NCBI GenBank assembly: GCA_963666205.1
Contig: OY762654.1
Location: 2,377,536-2,441,535 of the forward strand
Direction of reading: 5' to 3'
DNA: 64,000 bases
DNA from: Synergistales bacterium
Lineage (GTDB): Bacteria > Synergistota > Synergistia > Synergistales > JAFGMB01
A program made the position numbers and the translations under genes. Below the pieces are notes generated by a model. The model made no database searches. It worked only from the letters and a program-made list of their open reading frames with translations, and had not been told where the DNA came from. This document shows positions 40,649 through 49,615 of this stretch, one piece after another (position 1 is the stretch's first letter; every line of letters begins with the position of its first letter).

Positions 40649-43562
40649 CCTGGATTTCTCCTTCCGGGTTTTCCTGTCTTCTGCATATTCCTGAATAGGG
40701 GCAGTACCTGCAGGATTCCGAGTTATAATCGGGAATGAATTCCCCCCTCTTGATGTGACCTGCCATTTCACCAAGATGATATTCGGCTTTCTCCAGTTTT
40801 TCGTCCAGGGATATGCCCTTCTTTGAAAGGCCCAGGTATTCAGCTGTTGGAACATCACAGGAGGATCCTGTTATTCTTCCGTCTGCGTGACAGAGATAGC
40901 CGTAACCGCATATTCCCGCAAAAGGACTATTACTGGTATGAGAAGCTTTTTTGAGGAGCAGACAGTAGGCTGCCAGTTGCATGCTATTCCTGAATCGGGA
41001 ACTGTTGCCGCTTTTGTAGTCTATGACCACAGCACTGCCTTCATCAAGGATGTCCAGCCTGTCAAAACGTCCTCTGAAAATTACTCCATCTATCTCCAGA
41101 TCGGGGAGCATCCCTTCCAGGACAGGAGGGAAATCCTTGTTTCGGATGGAACTCCCTTCCATCCGGTCCTGAAGATCACCAGCCTTGGAAAGATCTGCTT
41201 CAAATCTTTTCAGATGCCTTCTCAGGGATGGGTCGGAGAGAAGTTCCGGATAACATTTCTTCAAAGATCCTTCCAGGAAAGTTCTGGAAATATATTGAAG
41301 TGATCCGCCCTCATCGACGTATTTTCTCCAGGTGGCTTCCCATATCCTATGGAGAGCTATCCCTGATTTTATTCTGTCAAAACCGATGCGGGTCTTTTCT
41401 TCCATCCTTAATATATGCCTGCAGTAATATAGGAAAGGACAGGCTATCCAGTCATCTATGGAACTGAGGTGTACTATCCAGGCTTTTTCTTCAGGTTCTA
41501 TCCTTGTGAGGGGAAGGATACGTTCCTTAATTGATGATGGATAATATCCCAGTTCTCCTACTTCAATTCCCTTCACATGTATTTCGGTGTCAAGGGGGAG
41601 AATACGGTTCAGGCCTCTGGTTATCAGCTTCCCATTCCCGGCTGTATTTGAAGCCCAGAAGCTATTCCCTTTTTCAAGAGACCTTTCCAGAAATGGTGAA
41701 GCTGAGAGCGGTCTTCCTGAAGTATCGGTTTCAGGCCATGAAAGAAGGCTGAGATCCTCTCCACAAGCAATTATTCTTCGGAAAAGGTACTCTTTCTGCC
41801 TTCTCAGTTCAGGAACAAGGGGCAAATGGCCTTCCCCAAGGTCCAGGCCGGAATGAAGAGCCTCTTTTCTCGAATCGGGAAGAAGATCGGTCTCTCTCAG
41901 AGTTCCAGGCCAGTTTCCTGTAGAAACACCGGCAAATATCCACAACCTGTTTCTGGCCAGGACTGGAGGAGTTCCGGGATACACTTCTATGGAATCGCCT
42001 CTCGAAGGGGCATTCCAGATTGTGGATGTTTCAGCCCATCTGCGGAGGAATTCGAAGGCCTTGCTACCCGTAAGGATATCTTTGCCTGCAGGGCCTATAT
42101 TTTCAACAAGTTCGCTTATGGAAACCAGCTTTTCTTCTGTTTCCCTGATAGCGGCATTCATTCTTCTGCAGGTTTCATCAAGTTCCTGCATTTTCATAAC
42201 GTAGGAGGAGATCTTCATTTCCGATCCCGTATCAATGAATAGATCTCTCAGAGCCTTCAGTATTTCTGCTGCAGTTCCACCTTCACTAAGGGTTTTGCTG
42301 AAAGCCTTAATGGCTCCGAAAGAAACTGTAATCAAGGGAGTATCCAGGGAAGAAATGAAATTGCACCATTCATCTTCTCCAGATGGATTTACTGCCTCAA
42401 ATCTTTCAACCGGGAAATAATCTCCACAGAAAAAGGGTTCCTGAAGAAGTCTGGCTGTTTTACTGGAGGGCCAGTCATTCTGGAAAGATTCCCAGACTCT
42501 CCCCGCGAGTTCCCAGAGAGGGGTCCGGGAAACAGTCAGACCCTCCAGAAGTACAAAGGGAAGTTCATATCTTCCGAAAACTTCCTCAACCTGCCGGATG
42601 TACTCGGGAGGGCAGGTCATGGAAATATATCCCCAGCCGGGAAAGGAAGTCCCGCTATAATTCTGGAGTTCTCCAGTGGAATTACTCCATAGAACCAGTT
42701 CTCTTGCAATTGTCTCGATTTCCAGTCTTCTGTCCCCACCTTGAATGGGAATAACTTCCAGGGGAGAGTTATCGCTGATGTTTACTGTTTTTTCTCCCTC
42801 GAACTGACTCAACACAGTGTAGGCTTTTTTCACTCCTGTCTGGGGTGTGAATATGACAAGGTCTCCGGCCTTTTGAGAAAGGGTCCTTACCAGCTTCAGC
42901 TGACTGTGGTTAAAACTCAGGAACCCAGTGAAGATGAAGGATCTCCTTTTTATCCATTCAGACCCTTCAGGTCCTGTGTCTATGATATTCCTTGTCAGTG
43001 TGGCTATCTGAGCACTGTCACAGAGTCCATGTCCTTTCAGATAGTTGAAATAGAGATGATAAGCTTTGCACAGGATCCCTTCCGGTTCTTTGTCGTGTTC
43101 GCATTTACCCTCGCCGTTACAACAGGAACATCCCATTATTTCTGAAAGGCTGGCCGGCTCAATTTCTTCCCGCATAAGATCGCGGAGAGAGTCTCCCAGT
43201 CGTGAGGCAAAACCCTTCTGCTTTATCCCTGGAAGATGGCACGAAAAATCTTCATCTTTCAGCATATTGTCCAGGATGTGTTGAATGATAAGCCAGTGGT
43301 CTGGAGGATCTATCTGTCTCCGGTGGTAGGGAGTTGATGGAACGCCATTCTGTATTTCCCTGAAAAGGTCTCCCCAACGCCATATATGGGGAAAAGGGAT
43401 ACCTATTCCTCCCTTTTCGAGTAACATTTCCTTGAGTAGTTCCATGTCTGCTCTTGTAGGAACCACGAAGATCTTTTCAGAGGTTGCCCCCTGACCTGTC
43501 CAGGCTTGATGGTTCAACTCTTCAGATAATTCCGAGATCCTGCGATAAGTAAAGATATGCAT
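40635..43562 (-). CDS. addB: Inactive-helicase/PD-(D/E)XK nuclease, AddB-like
   Basis: CPF, GRFDRLD, IDYKSG, QLAAY, CRYCPYSGIC; overlaps the addA start. Confidence 0.87.
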   Translation of the reverse strand: MHIFTYRRISELSEELNHQAWTGQGATSEKIFVVPTRADMELLKEMLLEKGGIGIPFPHIWRWGDLFREIQNGVPSTPYHRRQIDPPDHWLIIQHILDNMLKDEDFSCHLPGIKQKGFASRLGDSLRDLMREEIEPASLSEIMGCSCCNGEGKCEHDKEPEGILCKAYHLYFNYLKGHGLCDSAQIATLTRNIIDTGPEGSEWIKRRSFIFTGFLSFNHSQLKLVRTLSQKAGDLVIFTPQTGVKKAYTVLSQFEGEKTVNISDNSPLEVIPIQGGDRRLEIETIARELVLWSNSTGELQNYSGTSFPGWGYISMTCPPEYIRQVEEVFGRYELPFVLLEGLTVSRTPLWELAGRVWESFQNDWPSSKTARLLQEPFFCGDYFPVERFEAVNPSGEDEWCNFISSLDTPLITVSFGAIKAFSKTLSEGGTAAEILKALRDLFIDTGSEMKISSYVMKMQELDETCRRMNAAIRETEEKLVSISELVENIGPAGKDILTGSKAFEFLRRWAETSTIWNAPSRGDSIEVYPGTPPVLARNRLWIFAGVSTGNWPGTLRETDLLPDSRKEALHSGLDLGEGHLPLVPELRRQKEYLFRRIIACGEDLSLLSWPETDTSGRPLSASPFLERSLEKGNSFWASNTAGNGKLITRGLNRILPLDTEIHVKGIEVGELGYYPSSIKERILPLTRIEPEEKAWIVHLSSIDDWIACPFLYYCRHILRMEEKTRIGFDRIKSGIALHRIWEATWRKYVDEGGSLQYISRTFLEGSLKKCYPELLSDPSLRRHLKRFEADLSKAGDLQDRMEGSSIRNKDFPPVLEGMLPDLEIDGVIFRGRFDRLDILDEGSAVVIDYKSGNSSRFRNSMQLAAYCLLLKKASHTSNSPFAGICGYGYLCHADGRITGSSCDVPTAEYLGLSKKGISLDEKLEKAEYHLGEMAGHIKRGEFIPDYNSESCRYCPYSGICRRQENPEGEIQDDRD

Positions 43563-43718
43563 CCTATCAGCTCCGTAGGTATTATTATTTCTATTCTACC
43601 AAGTACAGTAAAAAAGGTTTGGAAAATATTTATAATTTACAGGATTTGATATATACTAACGTTAAATAGAAAAAGCTTTAGCATGCGATTGGGATAATCT
43701 TTATTTGAGGTGATGTGT

Positions 43719-44111
43719 ATGTCCAGACGTGCGGTCCTTGTTGTAGTTCTTGTTGTTCTGGTAGTAGCAGGTTTTACCTTAATAATCGGTAAAGGAACGT
43801 CCTGGTTCAATGCCTCCTCTGGTCCGAAACTTGAGATTGACGAAGATGCCCTGACCCAGATGAGCGGGAGTGGAAACGAGTTTTACGTAAGACCGGGCAG
43901 AGCAGGCTGAGGTGCTCCGCTGCAGGCGCTCGTGAAGCGTGGAAAACCCGGAAAAGATCCGGACAGTTATATTCAGTGTAATTCAGGAGACATATGTCTG
44001 TGGGTTCCAGGAGATCTTGAGTTCAGGGATAATCTGGTCCATGTGATCCTTGACAAGGGCCGGGGCAGGAAAATATTACTTGTAGAAACTGCACTTCTGT
44101 CTTCTCAGTAG
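43719..44111 (+). CDS. Putative membrane-anchored selenoprotein (130 aa, Sec64 at TGA 43908-43910), HesB-like/CC-Se-like
   Basis: Frame stays open 66 codons past the TGA (UGAPLQALVKRGKP...LWVP...LLVETALLSSQ*); homologous to the next gene on both sides of the TGA; SECIS-like hairpin; RBS GAGGTG. Confidence 0.85.
43926..43940 (+). promoter_or_regulatory. Bacterial SECIS-like hairpin (gene 1)
   Basis: GCGCT-CGTGA-AGCGT at +16..+30 after the TGA, loop GT at +22/+23. Confidence 0.65.
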
Positions 44112-44214
44112 GACTTGAGTAAATTCAGTAGTTTTCCGGTTCTGTCATTAGCTTTTTAGTTGTAGAATGTTCTGAAGAGATTGAGTTTCTATTCTTTTGA
44201 AAGGAGAAATATGC

Positions 44215-44598
44215 ATGAAAAACAAACTGTTATTGTTGTTAGTTGCCGTGATAATTGTATTCACTATGATCCTTCCTGCGATGAGTGCAGAGGATCTTGT
44301 GCTTGATATCACTTCTGTGGCAAGGGCTGAAATGGCTCCGCAGGGGTATGAGTGGTTCGTAAAACCCGGTACATATCAGGGTTTCTGAGGAGAACCACTT
44401 TCCGCTCTGGTTCGGAGCGGCATGCCTGAAAAGCCGGAACAGTTCAACCTTCTGACTGAAGAGGATATGAAGGTCTGGGTACCCAAGGGAATGACATTCC
44501 AGAACAATCTTGTAAAGATAATAGCCCTTCCCTATAAGGGGAAAAAAGTTTTAAAGGTTTCCACTGCCCAGACCATGGAGGGTGAAGGCTGCGATTAG
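44215..44598 (+). CDS. Putative secreted selenoprotein (127 aa, Sec58 at TGA 44386-44388), HesB-like/CC-Se-like
   Basis: Signal peptide; frame open 69 codons past the TGA (UGEPLSALVRSGMP...VWVP...LKVSTAQTMEGEGCD*); RBS AAGGAG; terminator lies right after the TAG, not after the TGA. Confidence 0.87.
44402..44420 (+). promoter_or_regulatory. Bacterial SECIS-like hairpin (gene 2)
   Basis: CCGCTCTG-GTT-CGGAGCGG at +14..+32 after the TGA, loop GT at +22/+23. Confidence 0.75.
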
Positions 44599-44607
44599 TG
44601 TGTCAGT

Positions 44608-44647
44608 AATGAAAAGGGGCGGGTCTTCTGACTCGCCCCTTTTCATT
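44608..44647 (+). terminator. Intrinsic terminator after the selenoprotein pair
   Basis: AATGAAAAGGGGCGGGTC-TTCT-GACTCGCCCCTTTTCATT. Confidence 0.85.
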
Positions 44648-44737
44648 CTGATGTAACAGGAAATATTTCTTTTCATTTTCATATAGTTGGATCCCTATTA
44701 TAATGAGGCGATAATTAATTTAAAGGCGGTGTGCTGT

Positions 44738-45505
44738 TTGAAATATCTGAGAGCAAAGATCAGGGGAGAATTAGTGGAAGGTATCACCGAGGGCTTGACT
44801 AGTGTTAGAGAGATAAAGGGTAATGTTTTTTCAGATTATGAATTTTCGGGAAGAGATTTTCTTCTCTCTGATGTAGAAAAGTTTCTTATCCCTGTTAACC
44901 CTTCTAAAATAGTTGCGGTTGGTCTTAATTACAGGGCTCATGCTGAAGAAACGGGTATGAAAATACCTGATGAACCCCTCCTTTTCCTTAAACCGCCAAG
45001 CTCTGCCATAGCTCATGGTGAGTCGATTGTCTATCCTCCACATATGACGGAAAGGGTGGATTACGAGGCCGAGCTTGGTATTGTAATTGGGAAGACATGC
45101 CGAAACGTTCTTCCGGAGAAGGCAGAAGAGTATATCCTGGGTTATACCTGTTTCAATGACGTTACTGCCAGGGATCTTCAGAGCAGGGATGGTCAATGGA
45201 CCCGGTGTAAATCCTTTGATACCTTTGCACCCTTCGGACCGTGGGTTTCCATGGGAATCGATCCATCGAACCTGGATATCAGACTGGTACAGAACGAAAA
45301 AGTTGTCCAGCATTCATCTACTTCGGATTTCATATTCAAGGTTCCCTTTATCGTAAGTTACATTTCCAGAATAATGACCCTGAATCCGGGAGATGTTATA
45401 GCCACCGGTACTCCATCAGGGATCGGTCCCGTTTCCATAGGAGATGTTCTCAAAGTCCAGATCGAAAATATAGGGGAACTTGTAAATACAGTGATTTCAC
45501 CCTGA
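44738..45505 (+). CDS. Fumarylacetoacetate hydrolase family protein
   Basis: KIVAVGLNY..H, FLKP, DYEAEL, NDVTARD, KSFDTF, GTPSG; start at TTG 44738. Confidence 0.92.
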   Translation: MKYLRAKIRGELVEGITEGLTSVREIKGNVFSDYEFSGRDFLLSDVEKFLIPVNPSKIVAVGLNYRAHAEETGMKIPDEPLLFLKPPSSAIAHGESIVYPPHMTERVDYEAELGIVIGKTCRNVLPEKAEEYILGYTCFNDVTARDLQSRDGQWTRCKSFDTFAPFGPWVSMGIDPSNLDIRLVQNEKVVQHSSTSDFIFKVPFIVSYISRIMTLNPGDVIATGTPSGIGPVSIGDVLKVQIENIGELVNTVISP

Positions 45506-45559
45506 TCTCGATATATTTATCACGAAAAAGGAAAGCCATAAACCAGAGGAGGGAAGGCA

Positions 45560-47458
45560 ATGAAGTCTTTGGGTGAAATTCTTCTCCGCAATTCGTCCTT
45601 TGAAGAAATAGTCATAGGCAATACAGCCATTGTAAGGGCAATGATAGAATCGGGAGTGAGGGTGGTTACAACCTATCCGGGTTCTCCAACTCCTGAAATC
45701 GCATCAGCGGTCCTTTCAATACCGCAAAAGGACCGCCCCTTCTATTTTGAATATTCAACCAACGAGAAAGTGGCAACTGAAGTGGCCTTCGGGGCTTCAC
45801 TGAACGGGCATCTGACATGTGTGTTTTTCAAAAGCGTTGGCCTGAATGTTGCTGCTGACAGTTTTGTCCAGCTTGGACATATGGAACTTACGGGGGGAAT
45901 GGTAATAGTACTCGGTGATGATCCGGGTGCAAATTCTTCCCAGAACGAACAGGATAACCGGCACTATGCTCACATGACCTACACCCCCCTCTTTGAACCC
46001 GCTACACCAGCTGAAGCCTATAAAATGTTCATTGAGGCTGCCTCGATTTCGAAAAAGCGCAGAATGCCTGTTATGGTAAGGATGACAACCCATGTCTGTC
46101 ATGCTAAACAGAAAGTCCTTTTTTCACCCTGGAAGGCTGGAAAACACTGTGATATGCCCCGTTTCGATCCCGCCAATGGTCCCTACATACCCATCGCTAA
46201 GGCAGCGCTGGATATGAAAAAAAAGGCAATTGAAAAGCTCCGGAATTTTCAGGAATATGCGGAAAAATCTCCATCCAACGGCATTGATGACAATGGAAAT
46301 CGGGCCAAAGGCATAATTACAGCTGGCCTTCCCTACCTTTCCATAATTGAAATCCTGGAGGATGTTTCTGAAAAACCCGATATCTTAAAACTCGGGCTGG
46401 TTCATCCCCTTCCAGGAGAAAGAATCGCCGGATTTTTAAGGGAACATGCCGAAATAATGATAATAGAGGAACTTGATGATCTTCTGGAAAGGGAGATCAA
46501 GTCCATAGCATATGAAAAAGGTATAAATACAAGGATCATAGGGAAAACATGTGATGAGGACTGGATAGGAGAATATACTCCCGACAGGGTTGCTCCCATT
46601 ATGGACCGTGTCTGGCCTGCAATGGGCATTTCTGTTGAAGATGTGTCCCATATCCCACTTGCTCCCAGACCTCCCCAGATGTGCCCCGGATGCGGCCATC
46701 GATCTGCCTTTCATGCCATAAAACAGGCCCTTTCGGAAAAAGATATAACTGTAGCTGATATAGGTTGTCATACCCTGGGTTTCCTCCCGCCATATAATAT
46801 GGGACAGGTTCTGCTCAGTATGGGGCATTCAACGGGAACTGCATCAGGATTGTCTCTTTTCAATGACCAGAGGAGGGTTGTCGCTTTTCTTGGCGATTCC
46901 ACCCTCTTCCATGCAGGTATCCCTGGCATAATCAATGCCGTTTTCAACAGTCACAACCTGACCCTTGTCATAATGGAGAACGGTACTACAGCCATGACAG
47001 GGCATCAGAACCATCCTGGTTCCGGCGCAAATGCAAGGGGTCCAGTCATGGCCATATCCATTGACCGGATGCTGGAGGGGCTTGGTGTTACAAGCATCAG
47101 AAGGATCGATACTTATAGCCAGGGAAAACTTACCAGTATGATTGAGGAAGCCTTGGCAGAAAAGGGTTTCAGCGTGGTCATAGCATCCCATCCATGTATG
47201 CTCAAGTTCACCAGGGAACAGCGCAGAAAACCGGGTTTTATCAAGAAAACTGTAGAGATCGACCAGGATAAATGTACCCTTGCCCGAAGCTGTGTTGCTG
47301 AGTTTGCATGCCCATCCTTTCAGAGATTGGACGATGGAACGATAAGGGTGAATCCCGAACTCTGTATCGGTGATGCTTCGTGTATCCAGACCTGTCCGTC
47401 AAAGGCCATCGGGCTGAAAAAGCCTTCTGTTTCGCGAGAAGAGGGTGATACCGAATGA
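45560..47458 (+). CDS. iorA: Indolepyruvate:ferredoxin oxidoreductase alpha subunit
   Basis: YPGSP, NEKVA, SSQNEQD, RPPQMCPGCGHR, DIGC, GDST.FH.G, TAMTGHQ, C-terminal ferredoxin domain. Confidence 0.92.
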   Translation: MKSLGEILLRNSSFEEIVIGNTAIVRAMIESGVRVVTTYPGSPTPEIASAVLSIPQKDRPFYFEYSTNEKVATEVAFGASLNGHLTCVFFKSVGLNVAADSFVQLGHMELTGGMVIVLGDDPGANSSQNEQDNRHYAHMTYTPLFEPATPAEAYKMFIEAASISKKRRMPVMVRMTTHVCHAKQKVLFSPWKAGKHCDMPRFDPANGPYIPIAKAALDMKKKAIEKLRNFQEYAEKSPSNGIDDNGNRAKGIITAGLPYLSIIEILEDVSEKPDILKLGLVHPLPGERIAGFLREHAEIMIIEELDDLLEREIKSIAYEKGINTRIIGKTCDEDWIGEYTPDRVAPIMDRVWPAMGISVEDVSHIPLAPRPPQMCPGCGHRSAFHAIKQALSEKDITVADIGCHTLGFLPPYNMGQVLLSMGHSTGTASGLSLFNDQRRVVAFLGDSTLFHAGIPGIINAVFNSHNLTLVIMENGTTAMTGHQNHPGSGANARGPVMAISIDRMLEGLGVTSIRRIDTYSQGKLTSMIEEALAEKGFSVVIASHPCMLKFTREQRRKPGFIKKTVEIDQDKCTLARSCVAEFACPSFQRLDDGTIRVNPELCIGDASCIQTCPSKAIGLKKPSVSREEGDTE

Positions 47459-48030
47459 AAAGATTTGACATATACCTCACAGGAGTGGGAGGGCAGGGAA
47501 TAGGCCTGCTGAGTGAAACTATTCTCAGGGCGGCTGATCACGGGAATATACCTGTCAGCGGAGTGGATACCCATGGTCTTGCGCAGAGAGGCGGCATGGT
47601 AGTATCCCATGTCCGCCTGGGAAGGACAATGACAACCCCTCTAATAAGAAGGGGCAGGGCTGATCTTGTCGTAGCCCTGGAAAGGACTGAGGCGTACCGG
47701 GCTCTTTACAGTCACGCAAAACCTGGAGGAACGCTGGTATATTACGATACCAGCTGGCAGACCCTGAGTGCCCGTCTGGGGAGAGAAGATGAGGTATCCA
47801 ATTCTCTTCTTGAAAGGGAATGTCTGAAAAGAAAAGTGAACCTTCACGGGGTAAGGATTGACGATCTTGAAGATTACAGGATGCAGAATATGGTCCTTCT
47901 GGGTAAAATAGCATCCCTTTCGCTTATTCCATACCTGGATAAGGAACATTATGTCGAAGCCATGAATGACCTCATGACAGGTACAATCCTTGAAAAAAAT
48001 CTGGAAGTTTTTCGAAAAATAGCCGGCTAA
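47455..48030 (+). CDS. iorB: Indolepyruvate:ferredoxin oxidoreductase beta subunit
   Basis: GVGGQG, HGLAQRGG.V.SHVR, NMVLLG. Confidence 0.9.
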   Translation: MKRFDIYLTGVGGQGIGLLSETILRAADHGNIPVSGVDTHGLAQRGGMVVSHVRLGRTMTTPLIRRGRADLVVALERTEAYRALYSHAKPGGTLVYYDTSWQTLSARLGREDEVSNSLLERECLKRKVNLHGVRIDDLEDYRMQNMVLLGKIASLSLIPYLDKEHYVEAMNDLMTGTILEKNLEVFRKIAG

Positions 48031-48053
48031 AGATCTCGATTGATCTGATCCGG

Positions 48054-48076
48054 GGCGGTCTTCGGGCCGCCTTTTT
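48054..48076 (+). terminator. Intrinsic terminator after iorB
   Basis: GGCGGTC-TTCG-GGCCGCC-TTTTT (cUUCGg loop). Confidence 0.85.
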
Positions 48077-48178
48077 CATGCCTGGGAGGTTGAGTCTGTT
48101 CTTACACTTTGCCTTTTTTCTGAATTTAGGGTAACATTCCCCAAACAGTAACCACAACCTTTGTAACGGGGTGATCCT

Positions 48179-48805
48179 TTGATAAAAGCAGTACTTTTTG
48201 ATTTCGATATGACCCTTGTAGACAGCAGTTTTGCCATCACTGAAGCAATGAACGCCATTGCAGAGGGGGAGGGCTTGCGGTTTCTCTCCAGGGAAGAGGT
48301 CCTTTCAGTGATAGGGCTGCCCATACATGAGTCATGGGAGAGGCTCTGGGGGCGTTTTGATCCATCATGGGTAGACAGCTACAGAGCAACCTTCAGGGAG
48401 AAGGAGTATGCCGGGATCATACCCTTTCCCAACACCCTGTCCTTTCTTGAGCACCTTATGGAGAGGGAAATAGTTATGGGTGTCGCTTCAAACCGTTCAA
48501 AAGTGAGTGATGCAGTTGAAGCTGTGGGATTATCTCAATATTTCCGCTGTACCCTGGGAATCCTGGATGTGGATAAGGCCAAGCCCGAACCGGATATGAT
48601 CCTTAAGGGAATGGAGATGCTTAATGTTTCTCCCGAAGAGACCATATATGTTGGTGACACTGAAGCCGATATGATATCCGCGAAGTCAGCAAATGTACGT
48701 GGAGTTGGAATGACCACAGGGAATTTTGACCATAGAGCGCTGACCAGTGCAGGGGCCTGGAAAACCTTTTCAGACCTGGAGGAGGTACTGACCCTTTTTG
48801 AGTGA
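48179..48805 (+). CDS. HAD family hydrolase (phosphoglycolate phosphatase-like)
   Basis: FDFDMTLVDS, ASN, KPEP, VGDT..D. Confidence 0.9.
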   Translation: MIKAVLFDFDMTLVDSSFAITEAMNAIAEGEGLRFLSREEVLSVIGLPIHESWERLWGRFDPSWVDSYRATFREKEYAGIIPFPNTLSFLEHLMEREIVMGVASNRSKVSDAVEAVGLSQYFRCTLGILDVDKAKPEPDMILKGMEMLNVSPEETIYVGDTEADMISAKSANVRGVGMTTGNFDHRALTSAGAWKTFSDLEEVLTLFE

Positions 48806-48835
48806 TCTTTCTGCGGTGGAAAACGGGGTTTTTAC

Positions 48836-48870
48836 AAGAGGGGAGTCCTTACAGGGCTGTCCTCTTTTTT
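48836..48870 (+). terminator. Probable intrinsic terminator
   Basis: AAGAGG...AGTCCT/AGGGCT...CCTCTT stem followed by T run. Confidence 0.55.
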
Positions 48871-49014
48871 GTTATTCACACTGATATAGATTTTACACCT
48901 TACCATGGCATAGTTTTATGGGATAATAAAAAACAACAGAGCGGAGAAAACTCTTTCTGATCCTTAAAGCGGATCTGAGGGAAGATCTTTTTAGAAAGGA
49001 GAGATATTATCCTG

Positions 49015-49494
49015 ATGTCCATGAAGATGATCCTCAAGCTCCTTGCAAGTCTGTTTCTTTGTCTTGGGGCAGGCTGGGCAGGTTCCGTTTTTACTCGAGA
49101 TGCGGTTATTAACTGGTATCCTGAACTTCTCAAACCTGCTTTCAACCCTCCTGCCTGGGTCTTTGCTCCCGTCTGGACTGTTCTCTATTTACTTATGGGT
49201 ATAGCTCTTTTTCTTGTGTGGAAAAAGGGGTTTTCCACATTTGGTGTCTCCACTGCGGTTACAGTCTTTCTTATCCAACTCGTTTTCAATGTAGCATGGT
49301 CCGTGGTCTTTTTTGGTCTTCACTCCATACTCGGAGGTCTCGGGGTTATTGCCTTTCTATGGCTTCTAATAGTCCTGACCATATATGTTTTTGCACCTGT
49401 ATCAGTTATGGCGGCATGGCTTCTCGTGCCCTATCTTATCTGGGTTTCCTTTGCTTCGTTTCTCAATCTTTCCCTGTGGTTTCTTAATGGATGA
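49015..49494 (+). CDS. tspO: TspO/MBR tryptophan-rich sensory protein
   Basis: WY..L.KP.FNPP.WVF.PVW, N..WS..FFG, PYL.WVSFA..LN. Confidence 0.94.
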   Translation: MSMKMILKLLASLFLCLGAGWAGSVFTRDAVINWYPELLKPAFNPPAWVFAPVWTVLYLLMGIALFLVWKKGFSTFGVSTAVTVFLIQLVFNVAWSVVFFGLHSILGGLGVIAFLWLLIVLTIYVFAPVSVMAAWLLVPYLIWVSFASFLNLSLWFLNG

Positions 49495-49615
49495 GGGAAT
49501 GGACCTTTTGAAATGGTAATACCATATCTGGTATACTTTTTGACCTGAAGACAGACCTGAACATTATGTCACTTCAGATGGTAACAAAAGAAGATACATC
49601 GATTGGAGTGGTTTT

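Noticed and set aside
40649-40858. 70-aa N-terminal extension of AddA in the ORF track
   Set aside because: It overlaps the AddB C-terminus; ATG 40648 behind AAGGAG is the better start.
43710-44388. ORF-track calls of two 63-66 aa peptides ending at TGA
   Set aside because: Paralogous coding sequence and SECIS-like stems continue beyond both TGAs, so they are reinterpreted as read-through genes.
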